Made by a program: the position numbers and the translations under genes. Shown in pieces: positions 13,215 to 25,100 of a stretch of 64,000 nt of DNA. The stretch is from Raillietiella orientalis (taxonomy: Eukaryota). The DNA lies in the NCBI GenBank assembly GCA_036172245.1, contig JAYWIR010000007.1:3348001-3412000 (forward strand), given 5' to 3'. A model generated the notes under the pieces. It worked only from the letters and a program-made list of their open reading frames with translations, did no database searches and was not told where the DNA came from. Each line of letters begins with the position of its first letter. The stretch's first letter is position 1.

Positions 13215-14170
13215 ACGCCTTCTCATGATCGAGGCCGGCACTTCTGATGCTGCACTGGAGTCTTCCTTGCAACGCACACCGACACCACTGGACGCTGGGG
13301 AGGACGTGACCGCACTGTCGCCGTTGCGGAAGACACGAAGCCTTCCCTCACCTGCTTGTGGACTGTGCCGCCCTCCGGCCTCTATGGAACGTCTCGGAAC
13401 GACTCTCCGAATCCCGGTTGGCGCCTCCAGGGATGTTTTGCGGCTCCTCTTTGTGAGGGACGCCCTGTAGCCAGCCTCAGACCTAGCAGCCCTTCGCTTC
13501 ATCCGCAGCCTGGAGCGAAGCCGACAGAGGAAGAAGAAACGGGAGGGGGCGCCGTCCAGTTCGCAGTTCGCTTCCTGCGGATAGTAGCCAGATGGCTCCA
13601 CCTGGGACCTATTCGGACGGACCTAGCTGGCATCCAGGAAAGGATGCAGACTCCCTCCAGTGGACAGCGGTCCCCTCTCGACCCTCCCAAAGATTTTTAT
13701 TTATTTTTATTTGCTCTTTCTTTTTCTTTTTCATCCCGCTGTCGAGGTGACCCCCGCCGATCTGCGCACCGGCGACCCGGCAGCTCCATGGACAAGTGGG
13801 GTGTAGTAGGACCAAGTGTCCTATCACAGGATATGAGTTGATTTTACATTTTAAGAAACGCCCCGGCGTATCCCTGTGGAAATGGAAGACAACCAAGGTG
13901 AAGGGTTCCCTTTGGGGCTTCCTACCAGGCGTTGCTTCCTCCGAAGCCTGGATTCATGGGGTGATCCCTCTCGGGTCACCCCCATAACTGGAAGAGTCAC
14001 GCGCACCCTCGGGTAGAGTGGACAGCGTAAAAGAGTTTCGTGAGCTCCCCCCCCCCACCTCAAGGAGGCGAACGACTCCTCAGCATAAGTGGGCAAAAAA
14101 AAAAGAACCTTCCCCCTCCCCCAAAAAAAGCCGGAAGGGAAGCAGCAAAAACGGAAAGGATTTCCGTCTT
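13215..14170 (+). mobile_element. Decayed Tx1/L1-like ORF2 3' end with 3' UTR
   Basis: SRDVLRLLFVRDAL and RFLRIVARWLHLGPIRTDLAGIQERM, then a T-rich tract, a hairpin at 13807-13823, AAACGCCCCGGCG, CGCACCCTCGGGT and AAGGATTTTCC. Confidence 0.75.
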
Positions 14171-14399
14171 CCTCCTCCCTCCTTAACGCGGAGGGCAGTC
14201 CTCAGACGGCAGGGCTCCGCAGTGCCCCCTCGCTGCCGCAGGTGCAGGAACAGGACGGGGACTCAGGGAAAGGGGAGGGCGACGAGAGTCCACCTCAGTA
14301 AAGGGAACTCCGTACGAGGCCCCCTCGGGGCTGTCCGTCAGGGTGACCTGCTCTGCCAGCTCGGGAGAAAGACATCAGGAGAGGAGGCAGATGAACTTC

Positions 14400-14870
14400 T
14401 CCGATCTGCACCTTGGTCAGCGCGGGGAGACCAGCCCCATCCTGGTCAGGTGGAGACGATGGTCGTTCGTCGCACGCGAGAGCCCCAACGCAAAGCTAGG
14501 GAGCTTGCGTGGGACAGGACGCGTTCACTGACCGCAGTAGTCCCTGGTCTCCCCTCAGGCTGTACCGTGTTGACGCCCTCCGCATGTAGGCGATGGCGGT
14601 GGCGCACGGCTTTCCGGGATGACGGGCGCGCGTGCCCTTCTCCCACTTGAGGGGAATCACCGCTGCAAACATGTGGGAGAGAATCGCCAGCGAGGAGGCA
14701 GCCGGTAAGCCCCGGGATGGAAAGGAGGGGAGGAGGGGGGAGGTGAACACTCATGTTGCCAAGTTTTTCGGGATGGGCAGCTCGTGAAGAACGCCGCCAC
14801 TGCGAGGACGCGCCTCCATGCCTGTTGCGGTCTGATACGCGTGCCAGCAGTACGCGCCGAAGGATCCCCC
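14400..14870 (-). mobile_element. Possible DIRS/Ngaro-type RNase H remnant
   Basis: VSDRNRHGGA...SSLAILSH...ATAIAYMRR follows the order of the TDAS..GWGA / ELLAI / DN.TAVAYI motifs of DIRS-type RNase H. Very degenerate. Confidence 0.25.
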
Positions 14871-16959
14871 CCCCCACACACACACGAGTCTCGCAGTGGG
14901 CAAACCGGCATAAAAGAATCTCCCCTACTGCGTGCAGTGGAACCGCCAAGACGGCGGTGAGCCGGAGGGGAACAGTCTCGTAAAACACTCGGCCGCAAAC
15001 GGCCTTGACCAGAAGAGACCTTCCTGAATGCTCCAGGAATGAGCGTCGTGGCAGCTTGCGGCCAACAGGAGAGCTCACTGGCTCAGTCGTGCGAGAATGG
15101 ATCTACCAACCGAGGTAGCTGCAAGAAGGGCTGGGAAACAATTCGGGAGCTTTTCCTGATTGCTTCGGATTCGTGTTCAGAGGCATCGGAGCTTCCAGAT
15201 AGTGATGCGGAGCCGGATCCGTTCGTTTCAAGCTACAGGCACACGTGTGCAGATCAAGCGATTTCACGTGCCGTCCTTGTGATCGTGTTTAGACTTTTAA
15301 AAAAACATAATAAAAAAAAAAGCGAAACGGCCGTAGGCAGTTGACTTGTTCGAATCAGTGTGTAAAACTCTTCGTGAACTTGGCATCCTTTCAATATGCT
15401 CATTCCTCCTTGTGACGCATTATTTGGGTCAAGGTGTCGTAACACATGATTTCGCAACTCTGCTAGATTTGAGCCTGCAATGCCATCTAGTCGAATTCAC
15501 TATAACTTGAGAGGCTATGCGAGATTGCACCTCCCGAGTCCATGTTCGTTTATCGAGACAGTTTTCTTCTACCTCTGAGCAGAAAGGTGCCAAGAGCTAT
15601 TTTCTTTTTCTTTTTTTTGTTTACTTGGAAATTCTCCAATTCTTTGTGAACTCTGCTGAGAAGGATTCTATAGTGTGCACCTAGCCATCTTTTTTCTTTT
15701 TATTTTTGATCGTTGCCTAATCAGTAACCAAGGATACGGAACTTTCGAAAGGCGGTGAAGTCGATGTAACTTCACAGAGGAAAGCCTTTTCTCTTCTTGC
15801 AAGCACAGATGATTCCGGAATCTCGAAATTACATAGGACGTATATACAGTACAGGGAGGGATCCTTGCATTGCTGCAGACAGATCTCTAATCCTGCCAGC
15901 TTTGTGTGATCACGCAAAATGGCGGAAAGAGGTGAAGCTGTGCTCCAAGCCATTGCATCAACAACCGGAAACCTCGAAACGCACCAAGATCGTGAGATCA
16001 AAGAAGAAGGAATCCATTCCTACTCCCCCCATGCAACAAAAGGAACACAGGGACTCCAGTGAGCAAAAGTCGAGTGCTTTCATTTCCCACCACGACGTGG
16101 CGCCACCACCGATCACGGTAAGCTTGGAGTGGATGGTTCCTGCAACTTCTCTGAATCTTGCTCCGAGCATGCATCCCCCTGTTGTCAAACAAACATGTAG
16201 TTTAGATCCTTAGAAAGAAAACACCAAAACGGTGCGCCGCAGAGTACGGGTGGCTCCTCAGGGGAAATCGGGGCAGCGTTTTGAGGGTCTCCAAAAGTCT
16301 TTTTCATCAAGCGTGCGAAGAGACCAGCATCCCCGAATTCGCCTCGACTGCTTATCGACACAGTAAACCAGATCATTTGGCGGACAGGGGTCCAGTGCCG
16401 GGTTTCCCATGTGATTCTCTCATTCTCTTGTGTTTCTCGAGGCAATGACACGTGGAGCGGAGGTAGAAAACACTGGAACCCAAGGTTTTGCTTCCACCTC
16501 ATTTAGGGACCATGCCGGAGGGTGCGATCGCGGGAAGATTAAGGATTAACTTGATGGCGCACATACCGACGCATCGTCAGACAAAGGGACCTATTTTGTA
16601 AGGTGGATCGTCCCTGAAACTAGGTCAACTGGACTGGAGCACTGACTTCAGCTGCTATGGCGGGCTTGACTACGAGGGGGCTGCTGGTCCTGAAAGAAAT
16701 CCACCTCATAGAAGAGGGAATATCAACAGAAGGGGCAATTCATGATTGACTGTTGCGAAATGTGCGCTGCCTCGGTCCACGTGGACAAACGCCAACACTA
16801 ATGACGGTGGCTTAGCAGCAGCCTCCTGAGGAGGAGAGAAATTTGCAAATTACTGCACACGGAGAAAAATGTAATAATTGTTGTAATTTAAAGATGGCGG
16901 ATCCCTCAGTGATGAAAAACCACGAATCCTCCATCGGGTGTCCACAGGAGACCAGGCGC

Positions 16960-17640
16960 CCGTCCGCTCGCTCATCCCCGGAAATTCCAGGGGAGGATGC
17001 TTTCCGGGTTCCCTCCGAAGAGGATACAAGTTGTCGTCCCCTCCTCCTGGGGTGAGGGGGTTCCTTCCAGAGAGAAGTTCTCTCTTACTCGAGTTTCCCT
17101 TGCCACCGTTCCCCGGATCCCGTGATCCAGGGAATGGCGGCAAAGGAAACTCACGACCACCGCAGAACCAGGAGGAACAATCGGTTGAGGAGGGCCTATC
17201 TGTCGGGCTATCCCCCTTCTTCTCGGAAAGTTACCTCTCCAGAGTGTCAAGAAGCGCGCTGTTCCCTGTGGGGAAGCGCCCTTCAGAGAAATCGGGAAGC
17301 GTCCCTTCGGGGTTCTCTTCAGAGGAGGAAACAGGGAGCGGTTCCTTTCCTGGGGTCCCTCTGGAGAGTAAATGACTCCTCCAAAGAGAAACAAGGAATA
17401 GGAGGTTCTTTAGGAACGGTCTCTTTCCTCCGGAGCTCTTCCTGAATTTAAAGGGTAGTCCCTCAGGGGTCATCCTTCACCCTAACTGGAAGGGTCAGCA
17501 CGCACCCTCGGGTGGTGTGGGAAGCGTCAAATAGTTCCATGAGTTCCATTCCCCCAAGTAGGCAAGCGGTTCCTCAGCACTTGATGGACCAAGAAGGAAA
17601 GAGGAAGAAAACAGAAGAACCCCAAGGGATTTTTCCATCA
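16960..17640 (+). repeat. Copy of the interspersed 3'-UTR-like repeat with ~38-bp units and terminal motif
   Basis: CCCTTCAGAGAAATCGGGAAGCGTCCCTTCGGGGTTCTCTTCAGAGGAGG, GCACGCACCCTCGGGTGG and CAGAAGAACCCCAAGGGATTTTTCC. Includes the hairpin at 17091-17152. Confidence 0.75.
17091..17152. repeat. Inverted repeat: 29-bp arms, 4-nt loop, 4 mismatches
   Basis: GAGTTTCCCTTGCCACCGTTCCCCGGATC-CCGT-GATCCAGGGAATGGCGGCAAAGGAAACTC. Confidence 0.9.
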
Positions 17641-18921
17641 ACCAGGCTTAGACGACGCTGGATATAGGATCTTGATGCGGGAAGGGGAGGGGGACCGCAT
17701 CTCGACCGAGGGGTGGTGGGACAACAAGATGCAGCAGCATCGTAGGTTCAGGAAACAGCATTCCCGTTCGGAAGCTCAGGTGATGCGCGAGTTCGGAGGG
17801 CGGAAACGCAGGGCCGAGTCTGTCGCAGATAAGCATCCTCCGGCAAAAACGGATGGAGGAAAGATGTTCTCAGTAGGATGATCTTCCCGTGAGGCTGGAA
17901 GGAGAGACTCGGGAGTGCAGGCGGGAGACCCCGCGCAGTCGGTGTTTGAGGATCCGAAGCAGCAGGAAAACTGGCACGGAGAATCGTGACCACGGGCGGA
18001 GTATCCCCAGCAAGCAGATGTGAATTTCCGACGGCCGCTCCGGTGGCGCGGGGGAAGGAATCCACCTTGCACCCCCCTCTTCCCATCTAGTGGGACGTCT
18101 GAGATTCCGATGCATCGCTGGATGTTGGGCGGAATCCCAAAAGCGGCACCGATCGAAGGCCGCCGGGGGAGAAGCGTCTCTGGGAGAGGCGCCCGGCGCG
18201 AGCTGCGCGCGCCACGGGAACGGAGCGCCTGATCCCTATCGCCCGCCGTCTCGCGTGTCCTGGAGAATTCCAAGGGAGAAAAAGGACGCATGGCGGAACT
18301 GGCGGCTGGCCGGCTGCCACTCCGGTCGTGAAGAGCAAGCGATGCGATGTGAACTCCCCAGGTCTCGAAGACGACAAGGGGCGCCACGGCGAGAATGCTC
18401 CGGGCGCAGCGACGGTATTCCTGCAACAGATGAGCGCTTCTAATAAGTTTCCCTCCCTCCACTCCCTCCCCTTCCCAGAAGCAGCTGCCTGCTGCTCGTA
18501 TTGGCGACCGTCCGGGCCCTCCTCAGGCTTGAACCCGCACGCGAAGACCCTCAACGCGGATGCAGCAGCACGGGCCTTCTCTTCGCCCGGCTCCCTCAGA
18601 TGCGCGCGCAACTTCCAACAAGCCGCCGCATCCGGAGCAACCATCCACTCCTCCTGTCACTAAAGGCAGTACGCGGTGCCAACTTTCCCCACTTTTCCAG
18701 ACTTTTCGCGCTTGCGAAAATCCCTCGACCTGCTCCCACCTGCGTCCCCCACCGACGTCTCCTGTCGGGTTGATCACGGAAGAAAACTCTCCTCTTCCGC
18801 AACGGAAGACAAACCGACAGTTGTGGTGGAAACGGCATAACGGCGTAGCTGCAGAGTGGTGACCTAGGGTCTTACCCGACCTACCCACCTCAACGCATTC
18901 TGCCTCACCCCTCACATAAGC

Positions 18922-19060
18922 AATACCTAACCCTACCCAACCCAAGGCCACCTATGCAGCCTACCTAGCTTAACCCAACCTAAACTACTTAACCTACACA
19001 GTCCCACCTAACCCAATCTACTAACAATAACCTAATTCAACCTCGCCGAACCTATCCTAA
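18922..19060. repeat. Degenerate (CCTAA/AACCT)n tract, resembling the arthropod TTAGG telomeric unit
   Basis: Repeated CCTAA, CCCAA, CTTAA and ACCTA pentamers, e.g. CCTAACCCTACCCAACCCAA and TAACCCAACCTAAACTACTTAACCTAC. Confidence 0.7.
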
Positions 19061-19178
19061 GCGAGTCTACCCCTCCCACCCATCTTTGGCGATGCTTCCT
19101 CCGGGTAGTTGCGACTGAGCGGAGGCGGGGCGAACTCTGCCTCGCTTCACCACTCCTCAGCAGCCGCCTCTTCCGCTG

Positions 19179-22100
19179 ATGAAGCCACTGGAATATGGAG
19201 GAGCCGCGTGTTCCTCGCCGCTCATAGGATCGTGGGGCTTGTCAGCCAAGCTCCGACGTGACTCCGGAGTCGATCTTTTGCATGTGTTGCAGAGGGAGGA
19301 AAGGAAAATCCCGAGGCACATCCTGGCGCTGATGCTGGTGGAAATCATCAAGATGGAGCACATCCGAGAGCCGCACCAGGAGGAAGACTACTTGCACGTG
19401 ATCCACCACCTGCCTCGTTGGAGCGTCAACCAGATGCAGTGGACCGAAGAGCAGGAGCTCTTCCAAGAGCCCGTCGCCTTCGCTGTGATCTCGATCTTCG
19501 TAGAGCACATGGACAGGATGTGTGGGCAGTCCTTGGACGCAAACCGCAAGGACTTGGAGTCTTGGTGAGGTTGCCCGGGCGTCCGCGGTCCTCTTGCCTG
19601 CGAACCCGGCGACTTTGCAGGGACGAGAACCGCAGGAAGCTTTTCCAGGCCGACGTACTTCGCTGCGTCCACCTCTTGAAAGAGAAAGCCCGGCACCTCG
19701 AGAAAGAGCACCTGCGGTTCCACAGATCGGCCTACCAGCCAGCTTACAGGAACGTCGTCTTCGAGGAGGACAGGAAATTCCTGACGGACGAGTGGGCAGC
19801 CCTGCTAGGAAGCACGTCGCTGGGAGGAAGATACCTCAGTCTGTGGGTAAGGACTTTTCTCTCTTGAATTGGTCGCAGGAGTGTGTACGTTCGCTGAGGG
19901 CACTCTGCACAAACGCTCGGTCAGCAACCGTCTGAGAGAAGATGCGTCTCGTGCCAACGCGGAGGGCCCTCGCTATTCATGGTTTCCGGATTCGAAAAGA
20001 GCATGTATCCGAGGATCCATCAATCTGCTCCTCCCTCAACCCTGCCCTGTTGGAGCCGCCCCTATCAGAGCGTCAGGTCTCCACTTGCATGCCATCCGAA
20101 GTAGATGCGATGCCTCTCCCCCCACCCCCATTTCTGCCTCGAAACCTTGCTCTTCCCTCCCACATCCACACTCTCTCGAGGCGGGCGCCAATGCAGATGG
20201 AAAGCCACTCGGGGTTTCCAGCGTCGGCATTCGGGGATTGTGCCCTTGGAGACCGATTTTCCGCTTCCACCTGGATCTGCTCCGAGCTCGGTGTAGGGTC
20301 GTTGATTTTGCTCCGCTTGGACGCGACCTACAAAGCGTGGGCCCGTTCCATCTTGTGCGGATTCGTCAGCGGACTTGAAGATTGCGCCTCACTTCCATGG
20401 CAGCATGCAGAACCAGCACTGCCGCAGAGCGTGGGAGACCCCCTCCCCTGTCCGGAAGGTCCACGAGACGCAGGACCAGCGCTGCTCCGTCGTAAAAAGA
20501 AAAAAAATGACCTCCTCCTTCTGGAGAGTAGGGAGGACTCTCGATCTGACGCCGTCCTCCTTCTCAAAATTCCGAGCAGAAGAAAAAAGAGCCGCTGCGG
20601 TGTTTCGGATGACTTGGCATCCCTGCTGTTTGTTTGGCATCGTTCGAAGTTTTCGGCGACCATCGGTGCGGCAGCCGAGCGCCATAAAGTGCAGGATCAG
20701 AGAAGATGAAAACAATTTCCACGAGTGGTTAGAACTTCTGCTCCCTCCTTCCCTCCCTCCGCTGAGAATTTTTGGCGGCAACTGGGCGACTGCCAGATTC
20801 CGCGTAGACTCGATTTACGATTTACTGAGTGGTTTCCTTGGTAATGAAATGCTCAAAAACCCGTCATGCACTAGGAAGACGAGAATTCTAGGAAAGCGGA
20901 GGCGAACTCGCTTCGAATGAGCTTTTTTTTTGTTATTTTGCCCGTTTGCACAAGGTCAATGCGAAATGGAATGGGTTGGAATGCCATCTGTTGCAAAGAA
21001 GCCGAACCGAAGAGACAGCGAAAACTGGCCGGTTCTCCTGCGGGTGGCAATGGATTCTTTCTGCTCCCGAGAAATTGAGGGAAACTTTTGGATACGAACT
21101 CAAAATCCTATCTTCCGTCAAGACCTCTCATTTTCGAGGTCTACCTTCCTAGTGATCCATCTAAGCATTTCCCAGAAATAGGAAATTTGGAAAGCTTGGA
21201 ACAGGCTACGTGCTCCGGTCTCCAGTCAGCGAAGTGATGACGTAACGGAAGTTACGCCAATGCTGGTTCCTGGAAAGACGGATGGCAGCAAAGGACCCCG
21301 ATGGATGACTGGACTTTTTCAGCAAAAGGAGAGATGTGCCAAGGAAGACAGAGCGCCACTTTGGATTCTGCTCTTTTGTTTTCAAAAAGCCATCCCACCA
21401 TGAAAAGATGCCGAAAAGATCTCGAAGAAGAAGGAAAAAAGAAAAACGAAAGAGGGAGACGCATGAGTCCTCTTTCACGCCATGAGCTTTGTAAACTGCG
21501 GCAGTCCGGCTATGTAGGGTGTAGGACGTTAAGGAGACTGCCTCAGAAATCAGAGAAGGCAGGGAAAGAGCTCTCTTCCCGTAAAACTCGGGGATGATCT
21601 GCGAATCCCTTCGGGCGGAAGATGAAGTCCAAAGTGAAACAGTCGAGACGCTGAGAACGGCAGAGTGCTGTCCCTCCTTGCATCCCGGTGGCGCGCGAGG
21701 CACATAAGCCGAGCAGGTGATGTTGACGGCCGCTCACATGTAGCAGACGGTTTCCACGGAAGCAGCAGCTGGGCACGACTGCACGGTATGGGCGCGAACG
21801 AGACTGCATCTCGTGCCTAATGGAAAACAACTACGAAAAGTGACATTAAAATGCTAGCGAATTGGACCGGGAATGAGCAAAAAGTGCGGAAAATAATCTT
21901 TCAAGCTTCAGGCACAAGAGAGGAGTAGAATTTCATGCGCCTATACACAGTACTTGCTTTGCACTACGTACATTGCATGAACGTTTAATCTGACCGGCTA
22001 TAAATAGCTATCCGTATATCTTGCATGGAACAAATCAAAAGGGATTAAGTACTTAAACGTTCAGCCAAGTAGTGTTTCTGCCACACCTAACGCTTCACGC

Positions 22101-25100
22101 AGCGTGGTGACGTCATTGTAAGAGAAATCCGGATGCACTTTTTAATTTATTGAGCAGCGTGAATGCGTGGCTCCTCGCGTGCTTGTACAACACTGCAAGT
22201 GTTCGTTGCAGTATGAAGCGGCGAAAACATGCGAAGACGTGGCAGGATGGTATTCTATAGAGCTGTCGGAGGTCGCATTGAAAATTGTAATTGCGAAAGG
22301 CAGTTGATGATTCTGATTTGTCTTTCGCTCCATTGTGGTTGCTGGTTGCTTAAGAAACCAGTTCTCGTGTCCCATTTCGTCCGTTCTGCAGCGTCGCTTC
22401 GATTGCCCCGGGCTCACCGCTTCTCCCCGTGCAGTTTGGCCGATCGGATCGGCCTGCGTTCTGCTACGTGGAGGGAACGAAGGCGGCCGACTCGCAGCGA
22501 TTCCCCGGACTGGTTGCCATGGTCCCAGGCGTCTCGGAAACGAACGTTCGCTCTCTCGGTGCGAGAGATAGGAAGTCGACCCACGTGAACGCCGGAGGGA
22601 GCCGCCTGCAAAACGCCTGGTGGTCGCCGCCAGTGTGGCAAAGTTGGTGATTGCACCTCCCCGGTGGACAGCTGGGGTGCGCGCGGCTTTGCTGGAGACG
22701 GCGGAGGGGCGGCTGCGGGAGGAAAAAGAGGGGTCCCACGCTCGTACGAAGCCGTGCACGTTCAACATGGTGCACTGCGCTCCCGCAGCATCCATGGGAG
22801 GGAGTTCTCAGCCAGGATGAGAAGCTCAGATATGACACCGACCGAGTATCAGTCCGGAGGATCTCGCCGCACTGCCCTCTGATCGCAGACGCAAGCGCGA
22901 GAACCCGATTCCCGCCCCTGGGTCTACTGGCAAAGAACGGCCGGGCGCGCTTCCGGGAACCTGTTATAACCAGGAGAAGGGAAAGGCGCGACGTCCAGCG
23001 AGCCTCTCCTTGCCCGAAGCTCCAGATTGGGTGCGACCGAGTTGCTAGCCTTCGTCGGAGCGTCCATCTGCGATTCGCGAATGCCGAGACAAGTGGCCTC
23101 GAGGCGACCCTCGAGGAAAGAAGAGGACGGCGGAAAACTGGAAACTGGCCGGTGGCAGTGTGGCTTCTATCTTCCTGGAGGAAGGCCCGCTGTCTCGAGA
23201 GTGCACTGCTTCTCGACCGGGAAGTGGCGGTGGCTCGGAAGCGTTCCTTGGTGGATCCCGGGAGAAGGGGCGGATTCGAGCAAAGAGGTCGCGACGCGGA
23301 ACCGATCCCCTTCCTGCCTTCGTTAGGCCAGCCGGCGAGGAGGAAGGATGGCCGTCATCAGGACGTTCTCGCGGATGCTTTCATGTGACCCAAGGAAAGT
23401 TCCCCTCTCGAGGCTACGAACGGGAAGGATTGGAGAAACGAGCCAATAGGAAGGGAAGGCGTGCGACGAGGTCAGGGTGAGGCGCGAAATGGCATCCAGT
23501 TGCACATCTGCGAGGAGAGGGAAGCGCTTCGCCGGGCAAACAGTTGCACCGTTCAGAAGCGAGGGCTGCGGCTGGATGAGCCACGTGGCGTCTGTGGGGT
23601 CGAGGCAACGCTGTGCGGGGACGCCACGCTCGCATGCAGCAAACAGCGGCCGCCATCTCTCGAGAAAGCTCCTCTTCGAGGGAGCTTCCAAGGCACTTTC
23701 TGGGAGAGCCTGCCTCTCCAGAGAGAGGCGGATGGCGTTCTAAGGACTCGCGATTCTTCCTCGTTGGGAAACGAGCGATTTCTCGCGCCCACCTTCTTCG
23801 CATCGCACGCCTCTCAAAAAGCAGCAGGTGCTTCCCTTGACGAGGCGAAGCCGTGCCTCTCTCGGACGGAGATGCGAAATCTGCGGCGAGTTTTCCCTTC
23901 CTGCTCGTATCGATCCCTTCGGTGAGGATGGGCGAAAGCGACGGATCGAACAGGAGTGGGAGGGGAGGGAATGGACTTGCCTGGGTCCAGGGTGCGACAT
24001 CTCCTGGAGAGCAGCTAGCGCTTCCCTTATCCTGCCGTCTCGTTCCCCCATCCTCTTTACACAGCTCCAGCACCTTTTGTAATCTCTTGTTCGTGCAATA
24101 AGGTCGAGTGAAACGATAACAACCGAGCACCTGTTATTCATCAAGCTCGTATGAGATGAAATTGTTGTTGATGGGGAAACGGGACGGGAATTGGAGGATG
24201 AAAATTTCACAGGCATGCAGAACTGCAGGTTTCGGTCCAGGAAGAGAATACTGTGTCAAAGAGACAGCGATTTTTCGAATACTGATCAGGAAACCGTCTT
24301 TCTGGGATTCAGGGGGCGAAGGGCGAATTCCGCTCCCCTTCCGATCATTAGTATATGTAGATTCCATTTGCCCGGTAAGGAAGCGAGTGACCCCTAAGGA
24401 CTCCAAGTTCCCTTAAGGGGTCACGTCCAAGGTTTCCCTCAGTAGAGCACCTTCATCCTCAAACTTGAGCCCTCACGTACTGTTGGGCCGAATCCAAAAC
24501 ATCCGCAGGGTCAGCCTGTGGTTCCGTTGCGGGTCAGATGTCAGACCGCGGTGGATGGATTGAACGGATGTCCGCTGCAGGTGTCTTCGAACGTCTTCTG
24601 TGAGTTGTGCTGCAATGTCGGTGTGCTGATGCCCGACAAATGAGGCAGCATATTCTTCGCATCACATACTCCGCCAGACACGTGCTGGCGCATAGCAGAC
24701 TCTCCTCGATCGGAGAGCATCGTCGCTCCGGATGATGGGTGGTCAGAGAGACGCTGCTGATGCGCGCAGAAGAACAGATGATGCACGCATGATCAGCATC
24801 TACGAAGGTTGTCGAATTTTCGAAGGATCCGAAACTCGGAGTCTGGTCCGTTTCTACTTGGAGAGGCGTGGCGCTCCTGCCGCTGAACGACGCGTTGTCA
24901 TGGCATCCATGGTGCCTCAAACGTACCCCGATTTGAACTTATCCTCGTGCTTACAGCTCATTTGCATATCAGATGCACAAGATTCGAGGATCAGGCGCTC
25001 GAGCGACGCACTTAGGAACCACTTAATTGGTTTGATCGTCCGTACGTTCGCCAGTTGCAATGTGAACCCGACATGGGTGATCGATACTGGTTTGTACTGG

